A stretch of DNA of 64,000 bases from IMG/VR virus record IMGVR_UViG_3300030118_002929; one strand, 5' to 3'. The DNA comes from an uncultured virus (IMG/VR IMGVR_UViG_3300030118_002929). Taxonomy: Duplodnaviria > Heunggongvirae > Uroviricota > Caudoviricetes. Shown piece by piece: positions 39,807 to 48,788 of the stretch. The position numbers were made by a program, and so were the translations under genes. Positions within the stretch are counted from its first letter, which is position 1. Every line of letters starts with the position of its first letter. The notes below the pieces were generated by a model, which saw only the letters and a list, made by a program, of their open reading frames with translations, was not told the DNA's origin and searched no databases.

Positions 39807-41084
39807 ATGTTTTTAACAGAAAACCTTCAAAGTAAGTGGCAACCAGTTCTAGAGCATCCTGATTTACCAGAAATTAAGGATTCTTATAGAAAAGCGGTTA
39901 CTACTGTTATCTTGGAAAACCAAGAAAAAGCGATGAGGGAAGATAGAGCAACACTTACAGAGGCAGCACCTGTCAACGATGCGGCGGCGATGCCTGATAC
40001 TGGTGGAGTTGCGAAATTCGACCCAATTCTTATCTCACTTGTAAGACGAGCAATGCCTAACTTGATTGCATACGACATTTGTGGCGTGCAACCAATGACT
40101 GGTCCAACTGGTCTTATATTTGCGATGAAATCTAGATTTAGTACACAAGGTGGTACTGAAGCATTATTCAACAAAGCAGACACAGACTTTTCTGGTGTTG
40201 GCACACATGCTAACTCAAACCCAGTTGAGTCCCCTTATACTTCAGGTACTGCGGCATCAACCGCAAACGGTGAAGCACTAGGAGATGGTTCAGTTTCTAT
40301 GGGTGATAGTGGTCAGTTTAACCAAATGGCATTCTCAATCGAGAAAACTACGGTTACTGCTAAAACTAGAGCATTAAAGGCAGAATACACTCTTGAACTT
40401 GCACAAGACTTGAAAGCAGTTCATGGGTTAGATGCAGAGACAGAATTAGCAAATATTCTTTCTGCAGAAATTCTTGCTGAAATCAATAGAGAAGTTGTAA
40501 GAACTATCTATACTTCAGCAAAAGCAGGTGCCCAAGCGGGTGCAGTTGCTAGTGCCGGTACTTTTGACTTAGACACAGATTCCAATGGAAGATGGTCAGT
40601 TGAAAGATTTAAAGGTCTTTTATTCCAAATCGAAAGAGATGCGAACCATATCGCACAAGACACAAGAAGAGGTAAAGGTAACTTTATCATCACTTCTTCA
40701 GATGTGGCATCTGCTCTTTCAATGGCAGGAGTTCTAGACTATGCTCCAGCATTACAATCTAACTTGAATGTTGATGATACTGGAAACACTTTCGCAGGAA
40801 CATTAAATGGTAAAATCAAAGTATATGTTGATCCATATTCAGCAAATGCTTCAGATAGCAACCAATACTACTGCGTAGGTTATAAAGGTTCATCTCCATA
40901 CGATAGTGGATTGTTCTACTGCCCATATGTTCCACTACAAATGGTGAGAGCAGTTGGTGAGAATACTTTCCAACCGAAAATTGGTTTCAAAACTAGATAT
41001 GGTATTGTTGCTAATCCGTTTACTTCAATCTCAGCGGATTCAAACAGTTACTACAGACTAGTTAAAGTAACTAATTTGATGTAA
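39807..41084 (+). CDS. gp23: Major capsid protein gp23
   Basis: DICGVQPMTGPTGLIFAM, RALKAEYTLELAQDLKAVHGLDAE, FQPKIGFKTRYG. Confidence 0.98.
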   Translation: MFLTENLQSKWQPVLEHPDLPEIKDSYRKAVTTVILENQEKAMREDRATLTEAAPVNDAAAMPDTGGVAKFDPILISLVRRAMPNLIAYDICGVQPMTGPTGLIFAMKSRFSTQGGTEALFNKADTDFSGVGTHANSNPVESPYTSGTAASTANGEALGDGSVSMGDSGQFNQMAFSIEKTTVTAKTRALKAEYTLELAQDLKAVHGLDAETELANILSAEILAEINREVVRTIYTSAKAGAQAGAVASAGTFDLDTDSNGRWSVERFKGLLFQIERDANHIAQDTRRGKGNFIITSSDVASALSMAGVLDYAPALQSNLNVDDTGNTFAGTLNGKIKVYVDPYSANASDSNQYYCVGYKGSSPYDSGLFYCPYVPLQMVRAVGENTFQPKIGFKTRYGIVANPFTSISADSNSYYRLVKVTNLM

Positions 41085-41114
41085 TCTTAAAGATTGCAAT
41101 AAACTTTGCATTAG

Positions 41115-41139
41115 AGGGGGTCTTCGGACCCCCTTTTTT
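41115..41139 (+). terminator. Rho-independent terminator after gp23
   Basis: agggggtc-TTCG-gaccccct followed by a T-run; cUUCGg tetraloop. Confidence 0.92.
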
Positions 41140-41148
41140 ATTTGTGAT

Positions 41149-41619
41149 TTAAAGTTTTCCTAAAGCACCTGCGACTAAGAATATAATAAGACCACCTATA
41201 GCAATAATCAATAATAGTATCATAAATCCTTCAAAGATATCTTTTCTCATTCGTCTTTGTTTCCATATTGCTTTTTCTCGTTGGTCTCTTATGTCTCTTC
41301 TCATTTGTAGCATTTCTTCATATGCTTTTACGCCATAGGTATATGTGATGAGAGTTCGAAGTTCTTTTTCTTGTTCTTGAATTTTCTTTTGAGCAATAAG
41401 TAGATTAAGTGCCTCTTGCTCTATAGAACCTTTGTATAGAACTTTACCGAAGACTGTAGGATTATTATTTTCTTGTTTAAGTTTTTGTATGTCAGTACAC
41501 GCACTAAACCACCTACCGAGTTGCTTACTACAATTCTCGATATCTTGTCCTGCACTTATTAATCTCTTACAGGCATTAAACGCCGTGGTGGCACCTGCTA
41601 GTATAGTTAATGGGTCTAT
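41149..41619 (-). CDS. 156-aa protein with C-terminal transmembrane helix and non-canonical ATA start
   Basis: Minus strand reads AGGAGG-gtatc-ATA GAC CCA..., open to TAA at 41151-41149. An in-frame TAG lies 4 codons upstream. Translation (M)DPLTILAGATTAFNACKRLISAG...ILLLIIAIGGLIIFLVAGALGKL. Confidence 0.75.
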   Translation of the reverse strand: MDPLTILAGATTAFNACKRLISAGQDIENCSKQLGRWFSACTDIQKLKQENNNPTVFGKVLYKGSIEQEALNLLIAQKKIQEQEKELRTLITYTYGVKAYEEMLQMRRDIRDQREKAIWKQRRMRKDIFEGFMILLLIIAIGGLIIFLVAGALGKL

Positions 41620-41644
41620 GATACCCTCCTACAACTGGTACTAG

Positions 41645-41652
41645 TATTTAGT
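41645..41652 (-). promoter_or_regulatory. Late promoter variant ACTAAATA for the minus-strand gene
   Basis: 14 nt upstream of SD AGGAGG on the minus strand. Confidence 0.55.
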
Positions 41653-41744
41653 TTTATGAAGTTTTTATTATGCCGTTAATATAAGAATAAATAGTATCGA
41701 AGTGAGTTTTTTATAATCTAAACAATTCTATCAAGAGGTTACTC

Positions 41745-41918
41745 ATGTCAGAAATAGACGAGAAGAAAAACAAGATTGAAGATTTAGATGAAAGACTTGA
41801 AGAACTTGAAAATAAAATCCAAAACATCGAAGATATATTAGACATTCAGGACGATGAAGAAGACGATACTGAATGGGAAAATAATGAACAAAATGAAGAA
41901 GACGAAGATAAAGAGTAA
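41745..41918 (+). CDS. Small, very acidic protein (57 aa)
   Basis: AATAAATA at 41686-41693, SD GAGG. MSEIDEKKNKIEDLDERLEELENKIQNIEDILDIQDDEEDDTEW... Confidence 0.75.
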   Translation: MSEIDEKKNKIEDLDERLEELENKIQNIEDILDIQDDEEDDTEWENNEQNEEDEDKE

Positions 41919-41930
41919 AGCATAGTTTGA

Positions 41931-41955
41931 GGAGGGCGGTGTTCTATCGCCCTCC
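41931..41955 (+). terminator. GC-rich hairpin without a U-tract
   Basis: ggagggcggt-gttct-atcgccctcc. Confidence 0.5.
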
Positions 41956-41963
41956 ATAACTCA

Positions 41964-41971
41964 TATAAATA
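41964..41971 (+). promoter_or_regulatory. T4-type late promoter
   Basis: TATAAATA, 5 nt before the gp3 ATG. Confidence 0.85.
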
Positions 41972-41976
41972 GTAAT

Positions 41977-42558
41977 ATGGTATTTACAAACAACACAAAC
42001 ATAACAAACTGGACAGGTGATACACCTTCAAATCTAAATCACCTGCAACCTAATAATTTTGTTTTCACAATGAACAGAATTAGAAATGTATCGTTTGCCT
42101 GTCAAACTGCAAACATACCTTCACTTCAATTAGGACAATCAAGACAATTTACAAGACTAAAAGATTTAAATATACCAGGCGATAAAGTAGAGTTTGGTTC
42201 TTTAGATATAACTTTTTTAGTTGATGAGAATATGGAAAACTTTAGAAAGTTGTATGATTGGATTAAAGATATAGGTACGGCACAAAACTCGGCAGACTAT
42301 GATGCATATATTAATAGACATAAAGATAGATTTCCTGGCACGAATACTGCTAAAAATTTACCGATTGCACCAACGATGAGTGATGCAATTATGACTATTA
42401 CCGATAGCAACAATGTCTCTAACTTAGAAATAAGATTTAAAGACTTATACCCAACCTCTCTAGAAGGATTAAGATTTGATACTACAGATACAAGTCTTCA
42501 ATACCTAACTGCGGCGGCAAGTTTTCAATATAATATTTACGAAATCGTTAAATTATAA
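41977..42558 (+). CDS. gp3: Tail tube terminator/completion protein gp3
   Basis: N.L.P.NF.F, F.CQ.ANIP...LG, PGD...F..L...FLVDE.M.N...Y.W. Confidence 0.9.
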   Translation: MVFTNNTNITNWTGDTPSNLNHLQPNNFVFTMNRIRNVSFACQTANIPSLQLGQSRQFTRLKDLNIPGDKVEFGSLDITFLVDENMENFRKLYDWIKDIGTAQNSADYDAYINRHKDRFPGTNTAKNLPIAPTMSDAIMTITDSNNVSNLEIRFKDLYPTSLEGLRFDTTDTSLQYLTAAASFQYNIYEIVKL

Positions 42559-42569
42559 TAGGATTTGCC

Positions 42570-42598
42570 TTGACAAACAATAGTCTTTGTGCTATTGT
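42570..42598 (+). promoter_or_regulatory. Sigma70-type promoter for the uvsY operon
   Basis: TTGACA-17 nt-TATTGT with TG extension. Confidence 0.75.
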
Positions 42599-42623
42599 GA
42601 TAACTAAACCTTAAGGATTAATA

Positions 42624-43067
42624 ATGATAGAACTAGAGAAATTACAAACGATGTGGAAGAATGATGCACCTATCAACGATGTTGAGTTAGGTAAAGAAGC
42701 GGCATTAGTTCCTAATCTACATGCTAAGTACATTGAAATACTTTCAACAGTTAGACTTAATCTTAGAAAAGAACAAAGCGAATACTTTAAACTTAGAAGA
42801 CATAAGTGGAGATATTATCGTGGTGAAATGTCAGATACAGAATTAAAAGAATTAGGTTGGCAACAATATCTAGGTGCTAAACCTTTAAAGAATGAAATGG
42901 AAGAACATTTACAAGGTGATTTTGATTTAATTAAAAAGCAAGACAGAATATCATATTATGAAACGGTTGTATCTTTTTTAGAAAGTGTTTTGCGTAGTAT
43001 TCATTCAAGAGGATGGGATATTAAGAATGCAATCGAATGGCATAAATTCACAAACGGAATATCGTAA
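42624..43067 (+). CDS. uvsY: Recombination mediator UvsY
   Basis: W..D..I....L......P.LHAKY, YY.G, R.WDIKNAIEW.KF. Confidence 0.9.
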   Translation: MIELEKLQTMWKNDAPINDVELGKEAALVPNLHAKYIEILSTVRLNLRKEQSEYFKLRRHKWRYYRGEMSDTELKELGWQQYLGAKPLKNEMEEHLQGDFDLIKKQDRISYYETVVSFLESVLRSIHSRGWDIKNAIEWHKFTNGIS

Positions 43068-43221
43068 ATATATTTGCTCTATATGTGGAGAGATATATGA
43101 TGAAGAAAAAGGTGACCCTAACGCAGGTCTGCCGCCGGGCACCAAATATGAAGATATACCTGATTATTGGAAATGTCCTGAATGCGGAGCAACAAAGCAG
43201 AGTTTAATGTTAGATGAATAA
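43027..43221 (+). CDS. Rubredoxin
   Basis: YICSICGEIYDEEKGDP..G.PPGT.YEDIPD.W.CPECG (two CxxCG motifs). First ATG at 43027. Confidence 0.9.
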   Translation: MQSNGINSQTEYRKYICSICGEIYDEEKGDPNAGLPPGTKYEDIPDYWKCPECGATKQSLMLDE

Positions 43222-44674
43222 TAACTATATAATACTAGAAAAAATCAATGAAGTTTATATGAAAGTTGATTGTGCTGATACAGGCATGACATATGAACTA
43301 TCAGAATATTTTACATTCAAAGTACCAGGTGCAGAGTTTATGCCTACATACAGAAATCGTATGTGGGATGGTAAGATAAGATTATTCAATATGTGGAATA
43401 AATCTTTGTATGTGGGATTGACACATAAGTTAGAAGAGTTTTGTAAGGAGAGAGGTTATGAACTACTTGGTCTTGATGATATTCTTAATCGCAATAAGTT
43501 TACTATAGAAGATGTTGTAAAAGAAATTACAGATTTAAAATTACCATTCAATCCTAGAAACTATCAGGTTGATGCAGTATTAGATGGTCTTAATAACAAT
43601 CGTATGGTAATGTTATCACCTACTGCATCTGGTAAGTCTCTCATCATTTATTGTCTAACACAACTAGCAACTGAAGGTAGATGTCTAATTGTAGTGCCTA
43701 CTACTTCACTTGTAGAACAAATGTATAAAGACTTTGCAGATTATGGTTGCGATGTAGAAAATCAATGTCATAGAATATACTCAGGTCGTGATAAAGAAAC
43801 AGACAAAAGAATTATAATTACTACATGGCAGTCTGTATATAAATTACCGAAGTCATGGTATGAAGGTATTAAATGTGTGATAGGTGATGAAGCACATTTG
43901 TTTAAAGCAACATCATTAAAAACTCTAATGGAAAAATGCGTAGATGCTGATAAGAGATACGGTACTACAGGTACTTTAGATGGTAGTAAAACACATGCGT
44001 TAATGTTAGAAGGTTTGTTTGGTGAAGTAAGACAGTTTACAACTTCTAAAAAACTTATGAAAGAAGGTAAACTAGCAAACTTAGATATTAGTTGTATTAT
44101 GTTAAACTACAATGATAAAGTAAAACAAGAAACAAAAAAATATACTTATCAAGAAGAAATGGATTTTATCTGTAGTTTCGAACCTAGAAATAATTTTATA
44201 AGTAATTTAGCACTAGACCAAAAAGGTAATACTTTATTGTTATTTCAGTATGTAGAAAAACATGGTAAATTATTATATGAGCAAATCATAGAAAAGAAAA
44301 AGAAGAATAGAAAAGTATTTTTTGTATATGGTGGAGTTAATGCTGATAAACGAGAAGAAATTAGAGCAATTACTGAAAAAGAAAAAGATGCAATTATTGT
44401 CGCATCTTACGGTACTTTCTCTACTGGTATTAATATACGAAACTTGCATAATATTATTTTTTCTAGTCCTAGTAAGTCTCGTATAAGAAATCTACAAAGT
44501 ATCGGTAGAGGTTTGCGTTTAGGTGATAAAAAGACAAGTGCCAAGTTATTTGATATTGCAGATGACCTAACATGGAAAGCACATAAGAATTATACACTAG
44601 AACATGCAATCGAAAGAATTAAGATTTATAACGAAGAAAAATTTAACTATAAAACAACAAAGATAAATATATGA
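43214..44674 (+). CDS. uvsW: DNA helicase UvsW
   Basis: WDGKIRLF, PRNYQ, SPTASGKS, GDEAH, QSIGRGLR. Confidence 0.95.
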   Translation: MNNNYIILEKINEVYMKVDCADTGMTYELSEYFTFKVPGAEFMPTYRNRMWDGKIRLFNMWNKSLYVGLTHKLEEFCKERGYELLGLDDILNRNKFTIEDVVKEITDLKLPFNPRNYQVDAVLDGLNNNRMVMLSPTASGKSLIIYCLTQLATEGRCLIVVPTTSLVEQMYKDFADYGCDVENQCHRIYSGRDKETDKRIIITTWQSVYKLPKSWYEGIKCVIGDEAHLFKATSLKTLMEKCVDADKRYGTTGTLDGSKTHALMLEGLFGEVRQFTTSKKLMKEGKLANLDISCIMLNYNDKVKQETKKYTYQEEMDFICSFEPRNNFISNLALDQKGNTLLLFQYVEKHGKLLYEQIIEKKKKNRKVFFVYGGVNADKREEIRAITEKEKDAIIVASYGTFSTGINIRNLHNIIFSSPSKSRIRNLQSIGRGLRLGDKKTSAKLFDIADDLTWKAHKNYTLEHAIERIKIYNEEKFNYKTTKINI

Positions 44675-45165
44675 TAATGACAGTTAAACTTATCAAACTT
44701 TCTAACGGTGATACCGTGATTAGTTCAGTTAAGGCAAATGAAAACGACAACTACATTACCTTAAACGAACCTATTAAGATGATAAGAATATCACAACAAA
44801 ATCCACTTAGTGGTAAAATGTACGAAAATGTATCTTTCGGACCTTGGGAACCTATGGCGAAAACTCAACTATTTAATATTAGAAAAAAAGATGTTCTAAC
44901 TATAAGTGAACCTAGACCTGATATGATAAGATATTATGAGACCTTGAAGTTAAGATTAAAAGAAGAAATTGAATTAGATAAACAGTTAACAAAACAAAGT
45001 GAACAAGCATTAAAAGAAGATATCAGACAGTTACCTGGTACCGATGATAAACAAAAAATATCTAACCTTGCTAGAATACTGGAAGAAATCGAACATATGA
45101 AAGAACTAGAACATGAAGAGTTTAATGGTGAAATACCTAAGAGAAAGAAACCAACAGTACACTAA
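44671..45165 (+). CDS. Hypothetical protein (Sm-like N-terminus) between uvsW and gp55
   Basis: KLIKLSNGDTVI....ITL.EP...F.PW; C-terminal PTVH. Confidence 0.75.
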   Translation: MIMTVKLIKLSNGDTVISSVKANENDNYITLNEPIKMIRISQQNPLSGKMYENVSFGPWEPMAKTQLFNIRKKDVLTISEPRPDMIRYYETLKLRLKEEIELDKQLTKQSEQALKEDIRQLPGTDDKQKISNLARILEEIEHMKELEHEEFNGEIPKRKKPTVH

Positions 45166-45196
45166 AGGTATTGTTCTTGAAGGGACTACACCGTAG

Positions 45197-45225
45197 ATTA
45201 TACACACGGTTTATTGATGTGTCAA
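45197..45225 (-). promoter_or_regulatory. Perfect sigma70 promoter, antisense, just upstream of gp55
   Basis: Minus strand TTGACA-catcaataaaccgtgtg (17 nt)-TATAAT. Confidence 0.75.
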
Positions 45226-45244
45226 GAAGAAATATGGAGAAATC

Positions 45245-45811
45245 ATGGCAAAAACCAAAGCACGAAAAGAGCATTATGTAAACAACAAGGAGTTTCTTGT
45301 TGCTCTTATAGAATATCGAAAAGCGGTAGATAAAGCAGAAAAGCAAAAGAAAGAAAAACCACCTGTTACAAAGTATATAGGTGAATGCTTTCTAAAGATT
45401 GCACAGCATCTATCATACAGACCTAACTTTATAAACTATACATACAAGCATGATATGATATCAGACGGCATAGAAAACTGTTTGATGTATATACATAACT
45501 TCAATCCAGACAAGTCGCAAAATCCATTCGCATACTTTACACAAATTATATACTACGCATTTTTGAGAAGAATACAGAAAGAAAAGAAACAAACAGAATT
45601 GAAACAAAAATTAATCGGTGAAATGATGATGTCAGATGCCGTTACAACTTTAGAGGGCGATGATGCCGAATATAGAAATCAGTATCTACAATTCTTACAA
45701 GAAAATCAAATACCGACAGATAAGGAACAAGCAATCGCTAAAGCAAAAGATGATAAACGAGTTGCAGAGCAACAATCAAAAGAAGGTGCTTTAGACGAGT
45801 TTATGGAGTAA
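45245..45811 (+). CDS. gp55: Late-transcription sigma factor gp55
   Basis: HYVNNKEFL, YIGECF.KIA.HLS.RPNF.NY, NPFAYFTQI.YYAFLRRI.KEK. Confidence 0.95.
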   Translation: MAKTKARKEHYVNNKEFLVALIEYRKAVDKAEKQKKEKPPVTKYIGECFLKIAQHLSYRPNFINYTYKHDMISDGIENCLMYIHNFNPDKSQNPFAYFTQIIYYAFLRRIQKEKKQTELKQKLIGEMMMSDAVTTLEGDDAEYRNQYLQFLQENQIPTDKEQAIAKAKDDKRVAEQQSKEGALDEFME

Positions 45812-45813
45812 TT

Positions 45814-47298
45814 ATGAATATTATTGTATTGGGTGCCGGTTCTGCTGGTTTAATGTCAGCAATATTAATAAAACGATTTTATAAAAATAGTCCTTTTGAT
45901 GTCAAAATAATTCAATCAGGCAAAGCACCTATTCTAGGTGTAGGTGAAGGTACAACGGAACATGTTCAGCATTTTATTCAACATGCTAGAATAGATGAGG
46001 CAGAGTTTATAAGAGAAAGTAAAGCAACACTAAAAGCAGGTGTTCAGTTTGACGATTGGTTATACCCAGGTCATAGATATATTCATAGTTTAGATAGTTA
46101 TCATGTAGAAGTTACACACGATGATGACAACTTATATACTTCAGGTAGACCTATTCATAATCAAGGTTATAATTTAGGAATGTATGCTAGTATAATAAGT
46201 GAGGGTATAGACACATATAAAAATCAATCACAATCTGAAGGTTATACAGTAGGATATCCTTCTCAATTTCATTTTAATAACTTTGCCTTAAATGATTATC
46301 TCAAAAGAAAATGTGCAGAGTTTGATATAGAAATTATAGATGATTATATTAATGATTTTAAATATGATGAACAAGGTTATATGAGATGTCTTATAGGTAG
46401 CAAAGAATATCATGCAGACTTCTTTTTTGATTGCTCAGGTTTTAAAGGTTTACTAATTAATCAATTTAAACCTAACTTCATAGATTACTCAGACCAGTTA
46501 ATTGTTGATAGAGCATTATTCTTTCCATATAAAACATTAGATAATCCTAGAATGTTTACTTTATCAAAAGCAATGCAGAGTGGTTGGTTCTGGCAAGCAC
46601 CTACACAAGATAGAACAGGTAATGGTTATGTTTACAGTTCACAATATTGCACACCTGAAAAAGCATTAGATGAAGTAAGAGGTTTAGGTTTTGATTTAAA
46701 AGATGATGTAGTTAATAATATAAAAGAGTTTCGTAGTGGTCATTTAGAAAAGAGTTGGATTAAAAATGTTGTAGCGATAGGTATAGCATCTAGTTTCTTT
46801 GAACCTATGGAAGCGGCGGCATTAAGCACAGGTATATTACAAACAATAAATGTATTAGAATATTTACATGCGTTTGATAAGAATGATGAACTCATAGCAG
46901 ACTTGTATAATGATAGAATGAAAGACTTCTATTATAATGCATTTGAATTTATTCGATTGCACTATGTTACAGGTAGAGAAGATACACCTTTCTGGCAAGA
47001 GTATAAGTATAAACCTTTACCTAAAAGTCTAAAACAAAAGTTAAAACTATGGGGTAGAAAACCTCCTGTGCCTGAAGAGTTTAATATACAACAACCTCAA
47101 GCACTATATGGTAATTTAAACTTTATGCAAGTAATGAATGGTTTAAATCTTATAGATAAACAAGCATATAAAAATTATATAAGTAAATGGGGTTTAGATA
47201 ATCGCTTGATGAGTAAACTTATCGAACTAGATATTTTAGTAAATAAAAATTTAAAACAAAATACACACAATGATGTATTATCGGAGATAAACAAATGA
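45814..47298 (+). CDS. Flavin-dependent (tryptophan-halogenase-family) halogenase 1
   Basis: GAGSAG, GVGEGT, ATLK, FFDCSGF, WFWQAP, FFEPMEA. Confidence 0.85.
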   Translation: MNIIVLGAGSAGLMSAILIKRFYKNSPFDVKIIQSGKAPILGVGEGTTEHVQHFIQHARIDEAEFIRESKATLKAGVQFDDWLYPGHRYIHSLDSYHVEVTHDDDNLYTSGRPIHNQGYNLGMYASIISEGIDTYKNQSQSEGYTVGYPSQFHFNNFALNDYLKRKCAEFDIEIIDDYINDFKYDEQGYMRCLIGSKEYHADFFFDCSGFKGLLINQFKPNFIDYSDQLIVDRALFFPYKTLDNPRMFTLSKAMQSGWFWQAPTQDRTGNGYVYSSQYCTPEKALDEVRGLGFDLKDDVVNNIKEFRSGHLEKSWIKNVVAIGIASSFFEPMEAAALSTGILQTINVLEYLHAFDKNDELIADLYNDRMKDFYYNAFEFIRLHYVTGREDTPFWQEYKYKPLPKSLKQKLKLWGRKPPVPEEFNIQQPQALYGNLNFMQVMNGLNLIDKQAYKNYISKWGLDNRLMSKLIELDILVNKNLKQNTHNDVLSEINK

Positions 47299-48788
47299 AA
47301 ACAGTAGTAGTTTTAGGTGCAGGTAATTCAGGTCTTTTTGCATCTATTCTGTTAAAAAAATTTAGACCTGGTATTAATATTATGTGTATAGGGTCACCTG
47401 AAATAGGTATTGTAGGTGTAGGTGAAAGTAGTACAGAGCATTTTAATTCGTTTAGAAAACTATTAAAACTAAGTCATAAAGAAATAGTTCAAAAGTGTAA
47501 TGCTACATTTAAGTATGGTGTTCATTTTGAAAACTGGAATGGTAGTGATTATATTCATGCTTTATTAGGACAAAATGTATCTATGCAACACTACGATGAT
47601 GATTATTCTTTATATGGTGTTCTAGCAGATGGAGAACCTGCAGTAAATACTATACCTAAAAACTTTAGAGAACCACATATAAAAATAGATGTTTCAGATG
47701 GTCTACCTAATCAATTTCATTTTGATACTGCTAAGTTAAATGAATTTTTACGAGAACAATGTAAAGAGGTGGGTGTTATATTATTTGACGATACAATAGA
47801 TGAGATAACTTATCACGATAATGGTAATGTTAAATCTGTTATTAGTAATAAAAATGAAAATGAATATGAAGGTGATTTATTTGTAGATGCATCAGGATTT
47901 AAAAGAATATTAGTAAACGAAATAAAAGAGTTTAATTTTATATCAAAACAAGATGAGTTATTTGTAAACTCAGCAATCGCATTTCAATGTCCTCATGAAG
48001 GAGATAATTATAGATGTTTTACTACTGCAAAGAAAATGAATGCAGGTTGGATGTGGCGAATACCTACATACACACGAATGGGTAATGGTTATGCATACAA
48101 CGATAAATTTATTACCGAAGAAGAGGCAATCAAAGAGATTGAAGAGAAACTAGGTTTCACACCTAACATCGGTAGAAGATTTAAATTTGAAGCAGGATAT
48201 TATGAAAATACATGGCAAAGAAATGTAGTTGCAATAGGATTATCATCACACTTCTTTGAACCTTTAGAGGCAACGGCAATAGGTATAGGTTTATTACAAG
48301 CAAAACTTTTAAGTGATTACTTACAAGCAGATAAACAAAAAGATAGTTATAATTCTAAAATAAGAGACTTAATGAAGAATGTTTATAACTTTATCAGATT
48401 ACATTATTGTAACTGTAATGCCGATACACCTTTCTGGGAACATGTATCTCAATCTGTTTTGCCGGCAGAAGTTCAAAAAATCATTGACATAGCACAAGAA
48501 AGAATGATAGTATCTGAAGATATTAATTGTAATAATGACTGGAATATGTTTACACCTCATTCATACAATCAGGTGTTGTATGCGTTAGGTTATCTTAAAC
48601 CTGAGAAGGCAAGAGAACATATGGATTTATTGAGAAAGTACGAAGACTGGCAAGTGAAAAAAGAATACGCACTCAAAAGACAGGATCATGTCATCAACAC
48701 ATGTTTACCACATAAGGCACAAATAGAAGAATGGATGAATGATACTACCCCAACACAAACAGATAATGTAGTGATAGGAACTAAATGA
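47295..48788 (+). CDS. Flavin-dependent (tryptophan-halogenase-family) halogenase 2
   Basis: GAGNSG, GVGESS, ATFK, FVDASGF, WMWRIP, FFEPLEAT. Confidence 0.87.
   Translation: MKTVVVLGAGNSGLFASILLKKFRPGINIMCIGSPEIGIVGVGESSTEHFNSFRKLLKLSHKEIVQKCNATFKYGVHFENWNGSDYIHALLGQNVSMQHYDDDYSLYGVLADGEPAVNTIPKNFREPHIKIDVSDGLPNQFHFDTAKLNEFLREQCKEVGVILFDDTIDEITYHDNGNVKSVISNKNENEYEGDLFVDASGFKRILVNEIKEFNFISKQDELFVNSAIAFQCPHEGDNYRCFTTAKKMNAGWMWRIPTYTRMGNGYAYNDKFITEEEAIKEIEEKLGFTPNIGRRFKFEAGYYENTWQRNVVAIGLSSHFFEPLEATAIGIGLLQAKLLSDYLQADKQKDSYNSKIRDLMKNVYNFIRLHYCNCNADTPFWEHVSQSVLPAEVQKIIDIAQERMIVSEDINCNNDWNMFTPHSYNQVLYALGYLKPEKAREHMDLLRKYEDWQVKKEYALKRQDHVINTCLPHKAQIEEWMNDTTPTQTDNVVIGTK

Noticed and set aside
41432..41644. 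+ strand 70-aa ORF in the track
   Set aside because: TTG start without an SD. It is the shadow of the minus-strand 156-aa gene, which has an SD and a promoter.
29361..43026. Track start positions 29361, 29833, 37691 and 42985
   Set aside because: These are upstream extensions into preceding genes. ATGs at 29382, 29854, 37736 and 43027 fit SD or overlap patterns and family N-termini better.
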